A stretch of DNA of 64,000 nt from the NCBI GenBank assembly GCA_965602485.1, contig CBFCYM010000003.1, positions 10,205-74,204 of the forward strand, in the 5' to 3' direction. The translations under genes were made by a program, and so were the position numbers. The notes beneath the pieces were generated by a model that did not search any database, was not told where the DNA came from, and was given only the letters and a program-made list of their open reading frames with translations. Origin of the DNA: an uncultured Rhodospirillales bacterium (lineage in GTDB: Bacteria; Pseudomonadota; Alphaproteobacteria; Rhodospirillales; Casp-alpha2). Below are positions 17,073 to 26,896 of this stretch, piece by piece; the first letter of the stretch is position 1, and the number at the start of each line of letters is the position of its first letter.

Positions 17073-19538
17073 ATGCTGAAGAGCCTTTTCATTTCGCTGT
17101 TGCTATTGCTTACGCTGGGAATCGGCGTGGCCGGTGCTGGCCTGTATGGGTTTCACTATTTCGGCAGGGGCTTGCCGGATTATCACCAGTTGGAAACCTA
17201 TGAGCCGCCGGTTATGACCCGTGTGCATGCCGGTGATGGACGTCTGTTGGCTGAATATGCCGTTGAAAAGCGCGTGTTCATCCCGATCAACGCCATGCCA
17301 GCGCGCGTGGTGCAGGCCTTTCTGGCTGCCGAAGACCAGAACTTCTTTGAGCATATCGGGGTTGATTTCATGGGGGTGGCGCGCGCCATCGCCATCAATG
17401 TGAAAAATCTTGGCAGTGGCCGCCGTCTGGTTGGCGCGTCGACCATCACCCAGCAGGTCGCCAAGAACTTCCTGTTGAGCAACGAAGTCTCGTGGGAGCG
17501 CAAGGTCAAGGAAGCCATTCTTGCCGTGCGCATGGAGCGCACCCTGAGCAAGGAGCGGATCCTTGAGCTCTACCTCAACGAAATATATCTTGGCTTTCAG
17601 TCCTATGGCGTTGCTGCCGCCGCGCTGAATTATTTTGACAAGTCCCTCAATGAACTGAGCACGGCTGAGGTTGCCTTTCTGGCGGCTCTGCCCAAGGCCC
17701 CTAATAACTACAACCCCATTAAACGTCACGACGCCGCATTGGGGCGGCGTGACTGGGTTATTGGCCGCATGCTTGATGAAGGTTTTATTTCCCTGCGTCA
17801 GGCCAGCGAAGCGCGTGCCGAGCCTCTGGTTGTGCGCAAGCGTCAGGAAACGGAGTTTGTCACGGCGGGATATTTTGCCGAGGCCATTCGCCGCGAACTG
17901 CTGACGCTGTATGGCGAACGTGAGCTTTACAAGGGTGGCTTGTCGGTGCGTTCGACGCTTGATCCTAAATTGCAGGAAATCGCGGACCGTACGCTGCGTG
18001 AAGGGCTGGAGCGTTACGATCTGCGCCACGGTTGGCGCGGACCGCTTGGTGTGACGCCGCCAGATGTCAGTCCATACAGTGCGATCAATGACTTCACCCC
18101 TCCCAAGGGTATGGAAGGCCGTCTTGCCGCCGTTGTCGTTGGGCTTGATGATGTCAGCGTTGATATTGCTTTTATCGGCGGCAGGGATGGACGAATTCCA
18201 CTCGCCGAGATGAAATGGGCGCGTTCGTGGGAAAAAGGCGAGAAACGCGGCCCCAAGGTCAAGAAGCCCGCCGAGGTCCTGAGCGTGGGCGAAATCGTTG
18301 CGGTGTTGCCGGTTACACACGCAGCACCCAAGGAAGGCGAAGAGCAGGGCGCGCTGTATCCTGCGGGAACCTACAAGCTGAGCCAGTTGCCCGAGGTCGA
18401 AGGTGCAATCATTGCGCTTGATCCCCATACCGGGCGTGTGCTCGCTATGTCGGGTGGGTACTCCTATGAGCGTAGCGAATTTAACCGTGCCATTCAGGCC
18501 AAGCGCCAACCCGGTTCGGCGTTTAAGCCATTCGTTTATCTGGCTGCACTGGAATCAGGTTATACCCCGTCGACCCTGATCCTTGATGCGCCATTTGTTA
18601 TCGATCAAGGACCGGGCCTGCCGAAATGGCGTCCGGCCAACTATACCAAGAAATTTTATGGCCCCAGCACCATGCGTCTGGGTATTGAAAAATCACGCAA
18701 CTTGATGACGGTCCGTCTTGCTCAGGCCGTGGGCATGGACAAGGTCGCGCAAGTTGCTGAACGTTTCGGTGTGGTTGATGTCCTGCCCGAGCAGCTTTCC
18801 ATGGCGCTCGGTTCGGGTGAAACCTCGCTTATAAACATCACCACAGGCTATGCCATGCTGGTGAATGGCGGGCGGCGTATCGAGCCGTCCTTCATCGACC
18901 GTATTCAGGATCGTAATGGGCTGACTGTGTTCCGCCACGACCTGCGCGAATGTCCGCAATGCGACGCTGCATTCTGGGTCGGGCAATCATTGCCTGCGTT
19001 GCCCGATAACCGTGAACAACTTGTCAGTCCGGGCAGTGCTTATCAGATCGTTTCCATGCTCGAAGGCGTTGTGCAACGCGGTACCGGGCGACGTATCAAG
19101 GCCATAGGCAAGCCGCTGGCTGGCAAGACCGGCACCACCAACAAACAGGTTGATACATGGTTTGTGGGGTTCTCGCCTGATCTCGCCATCGGTGTGTTTG
19201 TCGGCTTTGATCGGCCACGCGGACTGGGATATCGCGAAACCGGATCCTCAGTTGCAGCACCGGTTTTCAAAGCCTTCGCGCAAGAAGCATTGGCTGACAA
19301 GCCCGGTATTCCGTTTCGTATTCCGCCCGGTATCCGGTTGGTGCGCATCAATGGCTCAACCGGTGCCCCGGCGCGTGCTGGCGAAGCTGGCGTGATCCTC
19401 GAAGCCTTTAAACCCGGCACGCTACCCGTCGGCGAATCCCAGTTGTTGGCTGGTGAAGGGTTTACGCCCGGCTTTAGCGGTACGGGGAAATCTGTGGGTA
19501 GCGGCATACCGGCAAGTGGTACCGGTGGGCTCTATTGA
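17073..19538 (+). CDS. mrcA: Penicillin-binding protein 1A (bifunctional transglycosylase/transpeptidase)
   Basis: ORF 17034 (TTG)..19538; an ATG at 17073 gives MLKSLFISLLLLLTLGIG. The GT51 motifs are AAEDQNFFEHIGVD and RKVKEAILAVRMER. The transpeptidase motifs are SAFKPFVY and KTGTTN. Confidence 0.92.
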   Translation: MLKSLFISLLLLLTLGIGVAGAGLYGFHYFGRGLPDYHQLETYEPPVMTRVHAGDGRLLAEYAVEKRVFIPINAMPARVVQAFLAAEDQNFFEHIGVDFMGVARAIAINVKNLGSGRRLVGASTITQQVAKNFLLSNEVSWERKVKEAILAVRMERTLSKERILELYLNEIYLGFQSYGVAAAALNYFDKSLNELSTAEVAFLAALPKAPNNYNPIKRHDAALGRRDWVIGRMLDEGFISLRQASEARAEPLVVRKRQETEFVTAGYFAEAIRRELLTLYGERELYKGGLSVRSTLDPKLQEIADRTLREGLERYDLRHGWRGPLGVTPPDVSPYSAINDFTPPKGMEGRLAAVVVGLDDVSVDIAFIGGRDGRIPLAEMKWARSWEKGEKRGPKVKKPAEVLSVGEIVAVLPVTHAAPKEGEEQGALYPAGTYKLSQLPEVEGAIIALDPHTGRVLAMSGGYSYERSEFNRAIQAKRQPGSAFKPFVYLAALESGYTPSTLILDAPFVIDQGPGLPKWRPANYTKKFYGPSTMRLGIEKSRNLMTVRLAQAVGMDKVAQVAERFGVVDVLPEQLSMALGSGETSLINITTGYAMLVNGGRRIEPSFIDRIQDRNGLTVFRHDLRECPQCDAAFWVGQSLPALPDNREQLVSPGSAYQIVSMLEGVVQRGTGRRIKAIGKPLAGKTGTTNKQVDTWFVGFSPDLAIGVFVGFDRPRGLGYRETGSSVAAPVFKAFAQEALADKPGIPFRIPPGIRLVRINGSTGAPARAGEAGVILEAFKPGTLPVGESQLLAGEGFTPGFSGTGKSVGSGIPASGTGGLY

Positions 19539-19639
19539 CCAGCTCAACCGTGCCGATTCTCGACAATTGATCTTGTCCCATCGCCCTGTGTTCGCTAGAC
19601 AGCGGGGTGTTCAATCCTATGCGACACCGAGAGGCATTC

Positions 19640-20765
19640 ATGCGAGCTGAAATCGAATCTCTGGCCAAAGACATCAAGCAGTCCGTTACGCTGCTGAGGA
19701 GGCATCTTTGACTACGACAATGCCTTACGCCGCTTTGATGAGCTGAACGCGCTTGCCGAAGACCCGGCCCTATGGAACGACGCCGAAAAGGCGCAGGCCA
19801 TCATGCGCGAGCGCACCAAGCTTGAAGCGGGTCTGAAAGAGGTCGACGACTTCACCACGGCACTATCGGATAATGTGGAACTGATTGAGCTTGGCGAAGC
19901 CGAAGGCGATGACGAGATCATCGCCGAAGCCGAGCTGGTCATTACCGAGCTGCGCGCTCAGGCTGCCAAGGCCGAGCTTAAGACACTGTTGTCGGGCGAG
20001 GCTGACGCCAACGATTGCTATATGGAAATTCACGCCGGTGCAGGCGGTACCGAAGCTCAGGACTGGGCAGAAATTCTGCTGCGTATGTATGCGCGCTGGG
20101 CCGATGCGCACGCCTGCAAGGTAGAGTGGATCGAAGAAAGTGCCGGCGAAGAAGCTGGCATCAAGTCTGCAACGCTTAAAATTTCGGGCGAAAATGCCTA
20201 TGGCTGGTTAAAGACCGAAAGCGGCGTGCACCGTCTGGTGCGTATTTCGCCCTACGATTCTAGCGCGCGCCGCCATACCAGCTTTGCGTCAGCATGGGTG
20301 TTTCCTGTGATTGACGACAAGATCGAAATTGAGATTGAAGACAAGGACCTGCGCATCGACACCTACCGGGCGTCGGGTGCGGGTGGCCAGCACGTCAACC
20401 GGACCGATAGTGCGGTGCGTATCACCCACGAACCCACGGGTGTCGTTGTGCAGTGTCAGAACGATCGTTCACAGCACAAGAACCGCGCCACGGCCATGGG
20501 CATGCTGCGTGCGCGCCTGTACGAACGCGAACTGCAACGCCGCGAAGACGAGGCCTATGCTGAGCATAGTTCCAAAAGCGATATCGGCTGGGGGCATCAG
20601 ATCCGTTCATACGTCCTGCAGCCCTATCAGATGGTGAAGGACCTGCGCACCAACGTTGAAACGTCCAATACCCAAGGCGTGCTGGACGGTGATATTGATG
20701 ACTTTCTGGCCGCCGCACTTGCCCAGCGGGTTAAGGGCAGCGACGCCGAGAACGAGGCCTCGTAA
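19640..20765 (+). CDS. prfB: Peptide chain release factor 2, requiring a programmed +1 ribosomal frameshift at 19709
   Basis: Frame 0 runs from the ATG at 19640 ([23 protein letters not shown]) to an in-frame TGA at 19709-19711. The +1 frame continues from 19710 as [24 protein letters not shown] and joins ORF 19803..20765. That ORF contains the SPF-type region and the GGQ motif ([19 protein letters not shown]). Confidence 0.93.
19697..19712 (+). promoter_or_regulatory. prfB autoregulatory +1 frameshift site
   Basis: The sequence is AGGAGG CAT CTT TGA C: an internal Shine-Dalgarno-like AGGAGG 3 nt upstream of the canonical CUU UGA C shift site. Confidence 0.9.
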
Positions 20766-20771
20766 AGCGGT

Positions 20772-21329
20772 TTATTGCAGCACGAACGAGCGGAACAGAA
20801 CGTTCTGCACCATGGCAGGTTTGATTGTGGCATTGAGGATCAATACGATTTCAGTGCGCAGGGCTTCCGCGCCATCCTTGCCGACAAGGTCTTGACGTTC
20901 ACGGCTGCGCAGGAACTGCTGAATGCGATCAATGATTTTTGGTTCGCGATCAATCAGGATTTGAACTTCCGTTTTATCCACCTGGACCGTCAGTGACAGT
21001 TTGATGATGCCTGAGCGGCATTGACCGGTTTTTAGATCGGCAACGAATTCCGGTAATTGATGATAGGCTGGCGTGCCCAGATCAATAGGCTCGTGCGAAG
21101 TGTCTTCTTCGTCCAAAGCATGCTCAATGCCCAGCATGGAATCCAGAAAACCCATGAAATAGAGCCCGGCACCACCACCGCCCAGCACGGCGATTGCAAC
21201 GACGGCAATAATGGCGATCAGCTTGCCCTTGCCAGCTTTTTTCTTCTCGCCGCCTTCGTCGTCATCATCGCTATCAGCATTCGCACCGTCTTCAGCGGCA
21301 TCTGGAATTGCGTCTTCGTCTTCGGCCAT
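20772..21329 (-). CDS. fliL: FliL-family flagellar basal-body-associated protein
   Basis: 185 aa. It has an acidic N-terminus, one TM helix (LIAIIAVVAIAVLGGGGAGLYF) and a FliL-type C-domain (YHQLPEFVADL...IIKLSLTVQV...REPKIIDRIQQFLRSRERQDL). No other flagellar gene is in the window. Confidence 0.7.
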   Translation of the reverse strand: MAEDEDAIPDAAEDGANADSDDDDEGGEKKKAGKGKLIAIIAVVAIAVLGGGGAGLYFMGFLDSMLGIEHALDEEDTSHEPIDLGTPAYHQLPEFVADLKTGQCRSGIIKLSLTVQVDKTEVQILIDREPKIIDRIQQFLRSRERQDLVGKDGAEALRTEIVLILNATIKPAMVQNVLFRSFVLQ

Positions 21330-21450
21330 TAGAGACTCCGCTTATACCGTGGCGTTCATCAGGCATTCTATGAAAGGTCGCTACGCCAGTGCAACCGCGC
21401 TGCATACAAAAATTCTAAATTTTAGCGCGCCCAAGCTACCGGATAGGGTT

Positions 21451-21912
21451 TTACAGGGCCCTTACGGCATCCAGCACCGCATCAATATGGCCGGGGACCT
21501 TTACCTTATGCCATATCTGGGCGATGTCGCCTTTGGCGTTGATCAGGAACGTGGCGCGCTCGGTGCCCATGTATTTGCGGCCATACATGCTTTTCTCGAC
21601 CCAGACGCCATATTGTTCGTTGATTGCAACATCTTCGTCAGATACCAGCGTGACGCCAAGCTCATGCTTGGCTTTAAATTTATCGTGCTTTTTGACACTG
21701 TCTTTGGATACGCCCACGATGACAGCACCAGCAGCATCGAAGTCTTTCAGCGCGGCGGTGAACTCAATGGCTTGTTTGGTGCAGCCCGAGGTGTCGTCTT
21801 TTGGGTAGAAGTAAAGCACTACAACTTTACCCTTGAGCGTGCTCAGCGTGAGCGTGCCATCCCCATCAATGGGTGCGGTGAAGTCAGGTGCGGGGGAGCC
21901 AGCGTCGAGCAT
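21451..21912 (-). CDS. bcp: Thioredoxin-dependent thiol peroxidase (peroxiredoxin Bcp)
   Basis: 153 aa. The peroxidatic Cys context is VVLYFYPKDDTSGCTKQA. Confidence 0.9.
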   Translation of the reverse strand: MLDAGSPAPDFTAPIDGDGTLTLSTLKGKVVVLYFYPKDDTSGCTKQAIEFTAALKDFDAAGAVIVGVSKDSVKKHDKFKAKHELGVTLVSDEDVAINEQYGVWVEKSMYGRKYMGTERATFLINAKGDIAQIWHKVKVPGHIDAVLDAVRAL

Positions 21913-22021
21913 GTTCAGGCCTCAATTTTTACAATGGATTGTCAATATGGGTGGAATCAATTGCGTGAAAATTAGCCCATTATGACGGGCTTGAACACCG
22001 CTCAGAACTTGGCTTCTCGGA

Positions 22022-23902
22022 TCATGCTTCCGGCAGGGTGAAAAAGAATGAGGTGCCTTTTTCGGGAGAACTGGTTGCCCAGATTTCTCCACCCAGCCGG
22101 TGGATGATACGCTGCACGATAGACAAGCCAATCCCCGTACCTTCGAAGTCTTCTGTCGTGTGCATTCGGGTGAATGGTTTAAACAGGTTATCGATATCCG
22201 ACGTAGAGAAACCGGCACCGTTATCACGCACGAAATACGCTGTTTGTCGTGTATCTGGTAGCATAACGCTCCCAAATTCGATCGTGGCATGATCGACTTT
22301 GGCTGAGTATTTCCAGGCATTCCCAAGAATATTTTCCAGCACGATCCGAATAAAACCAGGGTCTGTTTGCGCGACGATGTCGGCCTGGATAGCCCACGTG
22401 ATCTTGCGGTCTGGTGCTTGTTCTTTGAGTTGAGCAGAAATTTCGGTGCTTAATTTTGAAATATTCACCGGATTGATGGTGATCTTGCCACGTCCTTCAC
22501 GCGATAGCTTCAGGAAGTCATTGATCAGGTTGCCCATCCGTTGCGATGCGTTACGGACTTTTTGCAGGTGCTGAACATTCTCATCACCCAACGTGTCACC
22601 GGCTTCGTTGATAACAATTTTGGTAAAGCCATCAATGGCTCTGAGCGGCGCGCGTAAATCATGAGAAACGGAATACGTGAAGGATTCCATTTCCTTGTTT
22701 ATGGCTTCAAGTTCGCGGGTCCTTTGTGCAACACGAATTTCGAGTTCTTCATTCAGGGCGCGAACCTGGGTTTCTGCGGTGATACGTTTGCTGATATCCC
22801 TGAGCGTGCCACGATATCCGTGGAAGTTTCGGTCTTCATCAAATATGGGCTGTCCGGAAACCGCCAGATAGCGGGTTTCTCCATTGGACAGTTTGATGCT
22901 GGTATCAACATCACGGAATGGCTTGAAATCGGCCATGGCCGCAATTTCTGACGCATCGTTTACTTCGGTCAGCAAGAATGGGCGACCAACGATATCGGTA
23001 AGCCGCTGTCCCAACACCCACTCGGCTTCTTGCTTCAACACGCGATCGATGTTTTCAGATGCATAGGTTATCCGGTGATGGGCATTGGTCTCCCACAGCA
23101 GGTCCGAAGCAATGTTGGCGAAGATGGAAATGCGTTCACGGTTGCGTTCCAGCTCATCACGGGATTCAACCATGGAATCCAGCATGGTGTTAAAATCACT
23201 GCCCAAAGTGCCTAGCTCATCAATGCGGTCCAGTTCCGTACGGGCGGTAAGGTCGCCCAATCGAACCCTTTCGGCCCGATCCAACAGGTGACGGATCGCA
23301 CTGGTTAAGCCTTTGGCCATGAAAATTGCGAAAACCGTACCGATGATGATCGCCAAAACCGTATAGATAATCCCATCGCGCGAAATGACTTTGATATTGT
23401 CTGTAATAACGCCAAGGCCAAGGCCAACCCGCGCCCAGCCAATGATCGTTGCGTTGGTTTCAATGGGCACGGCGACATCAATGATATTGCTGTCATTAAT
23501 GAGCACGGTGGTTTCAGCCGGGCTATCAAGCAGACTCAGGCTGATGGCATCGTTAACGTATTGGCCAACCATGGCAGGGTCGCTATAGCCGAGTACCCTG
23601 CCCTGGGTATTGATCACCATGGCGTACTTCAGGTTTTGATAACCGGACTGTGAACCGATGATCTCCTCAAGACCGATGACGTCGTTCGACAGGACCCATG
23701 GCACGCTGTTGGCTGAGAGTGATAATGCAAGGCTGCTAGCGTGCTTGACCAGTTGTTCAGACAGAAACGCGGTCTGGCGTTGCACCATGTCGAATACGAA
23801 AATGGTCATCAACGTGGCATGCACGAATACAATGCCGATGATCAGTTGTCGGCGGATTGAACCGGTGTAGAAATGGCGAACATTCTGAATGAGGTTATGC
23901 AT
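22022..23902 (-). CDS. Membrane sensor histidine kinase (periplasmic sensor - HAMP - PAS - HisKA - HATPase_c)
   Basis: 626 aa with two TM segments flanking a sensor region of about 140 aa. The HAMP segment includes LGDLTARTELDRIDELGTLGSDFNTM, and a PAS domain follows. The H-box is SHDLRAPLRAI, and the N/G boxes are ENILGNAWKY and GTGIGLSIV. There is no receiver domain and no response regulator next door. Confidence 0.9.
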   Translation of the reverse strand: MHNLIQNVRHFYTGSIRRQLIIGIVFVHATLMTIFVFDMVQRQTAFLSEQLVKHASSLALSLSANSVPWVLSNDVIGLEEIIGSQSGYQNLKYAMVINTQGRVLGYSDPAMVGQYVNDAISLSLLDSPAETTVLINDSNIIDVAVPIETNATIIGWARVGLGLGVITDNIKVISRDGIIYTVLAIIIGTVFAIFMAKGLTSAIRHLLDRAERVRLGDLTARTELDRIDELGTLGSDFNTMLDSMVESRDELERNRERISIFANIASDLLWETNAHHRITYASENIDRVLKQEAEWVLGQRLTDIVGRPFLLTEVNDASEIAAMADFKPFRDVDTSIKLSNGETRYLAVSGQPIFDEDRNFHGYRGTLRDISKRITAETQVRALNEELEIRVAQRTRELEAINKEMESFTYSVSHDLRAPLRAIDGFTKIVINEAGDTLGDENVQHLQKVRNASQRMGNLINDFLKLSREGRGKITINPVNISKLSTEISAQLKEQAPDRKITWAIQADIVAQTDPGFIRIVLENILGNAWKYSAKVDHATIEFGSVMLPDTRQTAYFVRDNGAGFSTSDIDNLFKPFTRMHTTEDFEGTGIGLSIVQRIIHRLGGEIWATSSPEKGTSFFFTLPEA

Positions 23903-23925
23903 CGAAATTCTCTGACTTTCCCAGC

Positions 23926-24846
23926 TTAATCCAATGGTCTGACGGTGTTCGAAAAGGTCTCAAGGAATTCGATGACCGGGGCGTAGGTCTCATTCGTCGC
24001 CGCCTCAAATTGTGACAGGTCCATGCTCTTCAGGATGGTTTGTCCTTCCGGGTTTTCGTGTAGCGAGAACAGGATGTCGGACACGCGTTTCTCGATGTCG
24101 GCGGGGACGTCATCACGGATCACCAGGCCATTATTGGGTAGAGGATCGGTGCTCCATATAACGTGCATTTCTTCTTCCAGTTCGGGCCGCTCGCTTTTCA
24201 GAAGCCGCCATGGCGGCGGCCACGTAGCACCGGCGGCGGTATTGCCGAGATAGGCATTCATGATTGAGGATTCCTGCGACCCAACATAACGCACCTCGAT
24301 ATCCTGCATAACTTCGACGCCGTTTATCTGAAGGTAGTATTGCGGCAGCATCGTTGCTGCCAGTGCGGTCGGTGCGGGAAAGCTGACGGCTTTACCTTTC
24401 AGGTCAGTCGGCTTTGTTATGCCGCCGTCCTTGCGCGTGACGAAAATCCCTCGAAAGTTTTCGTCATCGCCCATTTTGCCGAACACACGGTAGCCGTGTT
24501 CCAGTGAGTTGACCGTCTGATAGGGGTTTGGCAGTGAAAATTCGAATTGCCGGGCATATAGTTTTGCATCATAGGCAGCGTAATCGCGTGAGGCTTCGAC
24601 TCTGAAGGTAACATCGGGGATTTCCCGCGTCAGAAGCTCCATCAACGGATTGAAAATATTGTGCAGCCGCTCGGGATTGTGCAGGGGATGAATGCCGAAC
24701 TGAAAGACGACTTTTGCCGTGGGCGGGTCGGCAGAGAATTCTGGACTATACTGGGTTTGCTCTTCTTCGAAGCAACCCGACAAGGCTACCGTCACCAGTA
24801 ATACTTTAAAAATACGGGGAAGGTCGTCTCGGCAGAAAGTTATCAT
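23926..24846 (-). CDS. PhnD-like periplasmic substrate-binding lipoprotein (phosphate/phosphonate SBP fold)
   Basis: 306 aa with lipobox LSGC. FGIHPLHNPERLHNIFNPLMELL ... DYAAYDAKLYARQFEFSLPNPYQ is typical of the PhnD-like SBP family. Its stop lies 23 nt upstream of the kinase start. No ABC permease or ATPase is nearby. Confidence 0.7.
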   Translation of the reverse strand: MITFCRDDLPRIFKVLLVTVALSGCFEEEQTQYSPEFSADPPTAKVVFQFGIHPLHNPERLHNIFNPLMELLTREIPDVTFRVEASRDYAAYDAKLYARQFEFSLPNPYQTVNSLEHGYRVFGKMGDDENFRGIFVTRKDGGITKPTDLKGKAVSFPAPTALAATMLPQYYLQINGVEVMQDIEVRYVGSQESSIMNAYLGNTAAGATWPPPWRLLKSERPELEEEMHVIWSTDPLPNNGLVIRDDVPADIEKRVSDILFSLHENPEGQTILKSMDLSQFEAATNETYAPVIEFLETFSNTVRPLD

Positions 24847-25040
24847 CGTGCTCGTTGCCTATAATTGTTGTCGCTATCTCCCTACCTCCCCAAGCATATG
24901 ACTATATGTAACATGATCTAAAAAATGGCGCTACTGTGGAAAACAAATTTTTCAAGGCTATTAGCCTGCTTCTTTGATCCGTTATAGTTATGGCTCAAAT
25001 CTTTAGCGTTACGCTGGGATGTATTATTGGGAACCTGTAA

Positions 25041-26642
25041 ATGGCGGACTCTGAAACGCAGTGTGACGTGATTGTTATCGGTGGCGGCCATAATGGTTTG
25101 ACGGCGGCAGCTTATCTGGCGGGGGCTGGCCGCAAGGTGACGGTTCTTGAGCGTCGCTCCATTTTGGGCGGTGCGGCCGTGACCGAGGAATTCCACCCCG
25201 GTTATCGTAACTCCATGTGCTCCTATGTGGCGAGCCTGTTGAATCCCACGGTGGTGCGCGAGCTTGAACTCGAACGCCATGGGCTACAATTTCTGCCCGT
25301 AACCAGCAGCTTTAGCCCCAAGCCTGATGGTCGCTACCTGTTGCAAACCGGTGATGTGACGCACGATCAGGCCAACGTGGCGCAGTTTTCCAATACTGAC
25401 TGGCAGGGCATGGCGCGGCTTGATGCCATCATTGATGAGATCGCCGATCTGGTGCGCCCCTTGATGTTGAAACCGCCGCCGCAGATCATTGATGGCGCGC
25501 TTGGTATTGCCGACATATTGAGCATGGGGGGCAGTGCGCTGGCCTTTCGCCGTATGTCGAGTGATGTACGCCACCGCACGGTGCAGTTCTTCACCGCGAG
25601 CGTACGCCAGATCGTCGAGCGCTATATCGAGAGCGAGGCCGTGCGTACGCAGTATTACAGCAGCTCCACTGCCGGTGCCATGGCGAGTCTGGATCAGCCG
25701 GGTTCAGCCATCAATCTGCTGCACCTGAGTCTGGGCGAAACCGCAGGCGTGCGCGGGCGCTGGTCTTTCGTGCGCGGCGGTATGGGGGCAATCAGCGAAG
25801 CCATTGCCGCAGCGGCGCGCGAGCGCGGTGTGGAAATCCGCACCAGCGCGGGCGTGCGCAATATCATCATCGAACAGGGCCGTGCCGTTGGTGTATGCCT
25901 TGAAAGCGGCGAGGACATAAGGGCGCGCTGCGTGGTTTCGGGGTGTGAGCCCAAGCTGACCTTCCTGCGCCTGATTGAAAGCGAGCATCTCGACGCAGAC
26001 TTCCGAGCCGACATGGCAGGATGGCGCACGGAATCGGGGTCGTTTCGCATGAATTTGGCGTTGCGAGAGCTGCCGGACTTTACCTGTCTGCCCGGCACGT
26101 CGCAGGCCGCGCACCACGCCGGATTTATCTCACTCAAGCCGACCAGTGAGGCCATCGAGCGTGCCTTTATGGCGGCAAAGGGCGGTGAAATACCTGACGA
26201 GCCGCTGGTCACCATGGTGATCCCGTCCACACTGGATGATACGCTGGCACCGCCGGGCCACCACGTCATGAGCGTGTTTGCCCAGCACTTCCCCTATCAG
26301 CTATCGGGTAGCCGTTCGTGGGATGATGCCAAACCCGAGGCGGCAGAGCGTGTCATTGAAACCATGTGCCGCTACGCACCCAACCTGCGAGACGCTATCG
26401 TTGGGCAAATGGCGCTGAGCCCACTTGATCTGGAACGCGAATACGGCTTGAGCGGCGGCGATGTCTATCATGGCAAGATGGAGTTGGATCAAATTTTTGC
26501 CATGCGGCCACATCCGAAATGCGCCGGACACCGCACACCCATCGCGGGGCTGTACCTGTGCGGCGCAGGCACCCACCCCGGCGGCGGCGTATCGGGCGCG
26601 CCGGGACATAATGCGGCCAAGGTGGTGATGGGCGATCTTTAA
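25041..26642 (+). CDS. FAD-dependent oxidoreductase of the phytoene-desaturase/amine-oxidase superfamily
   Basis: 533 aa. The N-terminal dinucleotide-binding motif is DVIVIGGGHNGLTAAAYLAGAGRKVTVLERRSILGGA. The C-terminal GLYLCGAGTHPGGGVSGAPG is typical of this family. Confidence 0.85.
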   Translation: MADSETQCDVIVIGGGHNGLTAAAYLAGAGRKVTVLERRSILGGAAVTEEFHPGYRNSMCSYVASLLNPTVVRELELERHGLQFLPVTSSFSPKPDGRYLLQTGDVTHDQANVAQFSNTDWQGMARLDAIIDEIADLVRPLMLKPPPQIIDGALGIADILSMGGSALAFRRMSSDVRHRTVQFFTASVRQIVERYIESEAVRTQYYSSSTAGAMASLDQPGSAINLLHLSLGETAGVRGRWSFVRGGMGAISEAIAAAARERGVEIRTSAGVRNIIIEQGRAVGVCLESGEDIRARCVVSGCEPKLTFLRLIESEHLDADFRADMAGWRTESGSFRMNLALRELPDFTCLPGTSQAAHHAGFISLKPTSEAIERAFMAAKGGEIPDEPLVTMVIPSTLDDTLAPPGHHVMSVFAQHFPYQLSGSRSWDDAKPEAAERVIETMCRYAPNLRDAIVGQMALSPLDLEREYGLSGGDVYHGKMELDQIFAMRPHPKCAGHRTPIAGLYLCGAGTHPGGGVSGAPGHNAAKVVMGDL

Positions 26643-26730
26643 GCGTTTTCGTTCTCCGCTAAAGGCTGCCCAATAATACGCGCGAATAGCGTCTGGGCAG
26701 ACTATAGCCAACCCGTTGATTTTACACAAA

Positions 26731-26896
26731 ATGTAGACATTTGAGCACATTTGCAGACATGATGTGTGTCTACAAATCGGGTTGCCTTTTATATCAATGG
26801 GTTAGCGTGAATTTACCGCGCAAAAATGCAGACATTTGTAGACACCTGCGCCCGAAATCCACCATTTCAGATGGCCGTGTCTACCAATGTCTACAA
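26731..26896. repeat. Array of seven 8-mers TG(T/C)AGACA / TGTCTAC(A/C), mostly in 10-bp phase
   Basis: Forward copies are at 26732-26739, 26752-26759, 26827-26834 and 26837-26844. Reverse copies are at 26767-26774, 26878-26885 and 26888-26895. Three blocks are tandem 10-mers. The first is ATGTAGACAT|TTGAGCACAT|TTGCAGACAT. The second is ATGCAGACAT|TTGTAGACAC. The third is GTGTCTACCA|ATGTCTACAA. A degenerate copy, TGTCTAGA, is at 27113-27120. Confidence 0.9.

Noticed and set aside
17103-18509. Long antisense ORFs opposite well-supported genes. Examples: 806..1498, 12777..13439, 16127..17092, 17103..18509, 21211..21975, 25694..26269, 38865..39626, 41711..42388, 43990..44853, 48465..49181 and 58828..59454.
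   Set aside because: Each lies fully inside a gene with strong family motifs on the other strand. Their translations are Arg/Ala/Gly/Pro-rich with no recognisable motifs. This is the usual shadow-ORF behaviour of GC-rich DNA.
26731-26896. Possibility that the short repeats are a CRISPR array.
   Set aside because: The units are 8-10 bp, abut each other without spacers and occur in both orientations. No cas genes are present.
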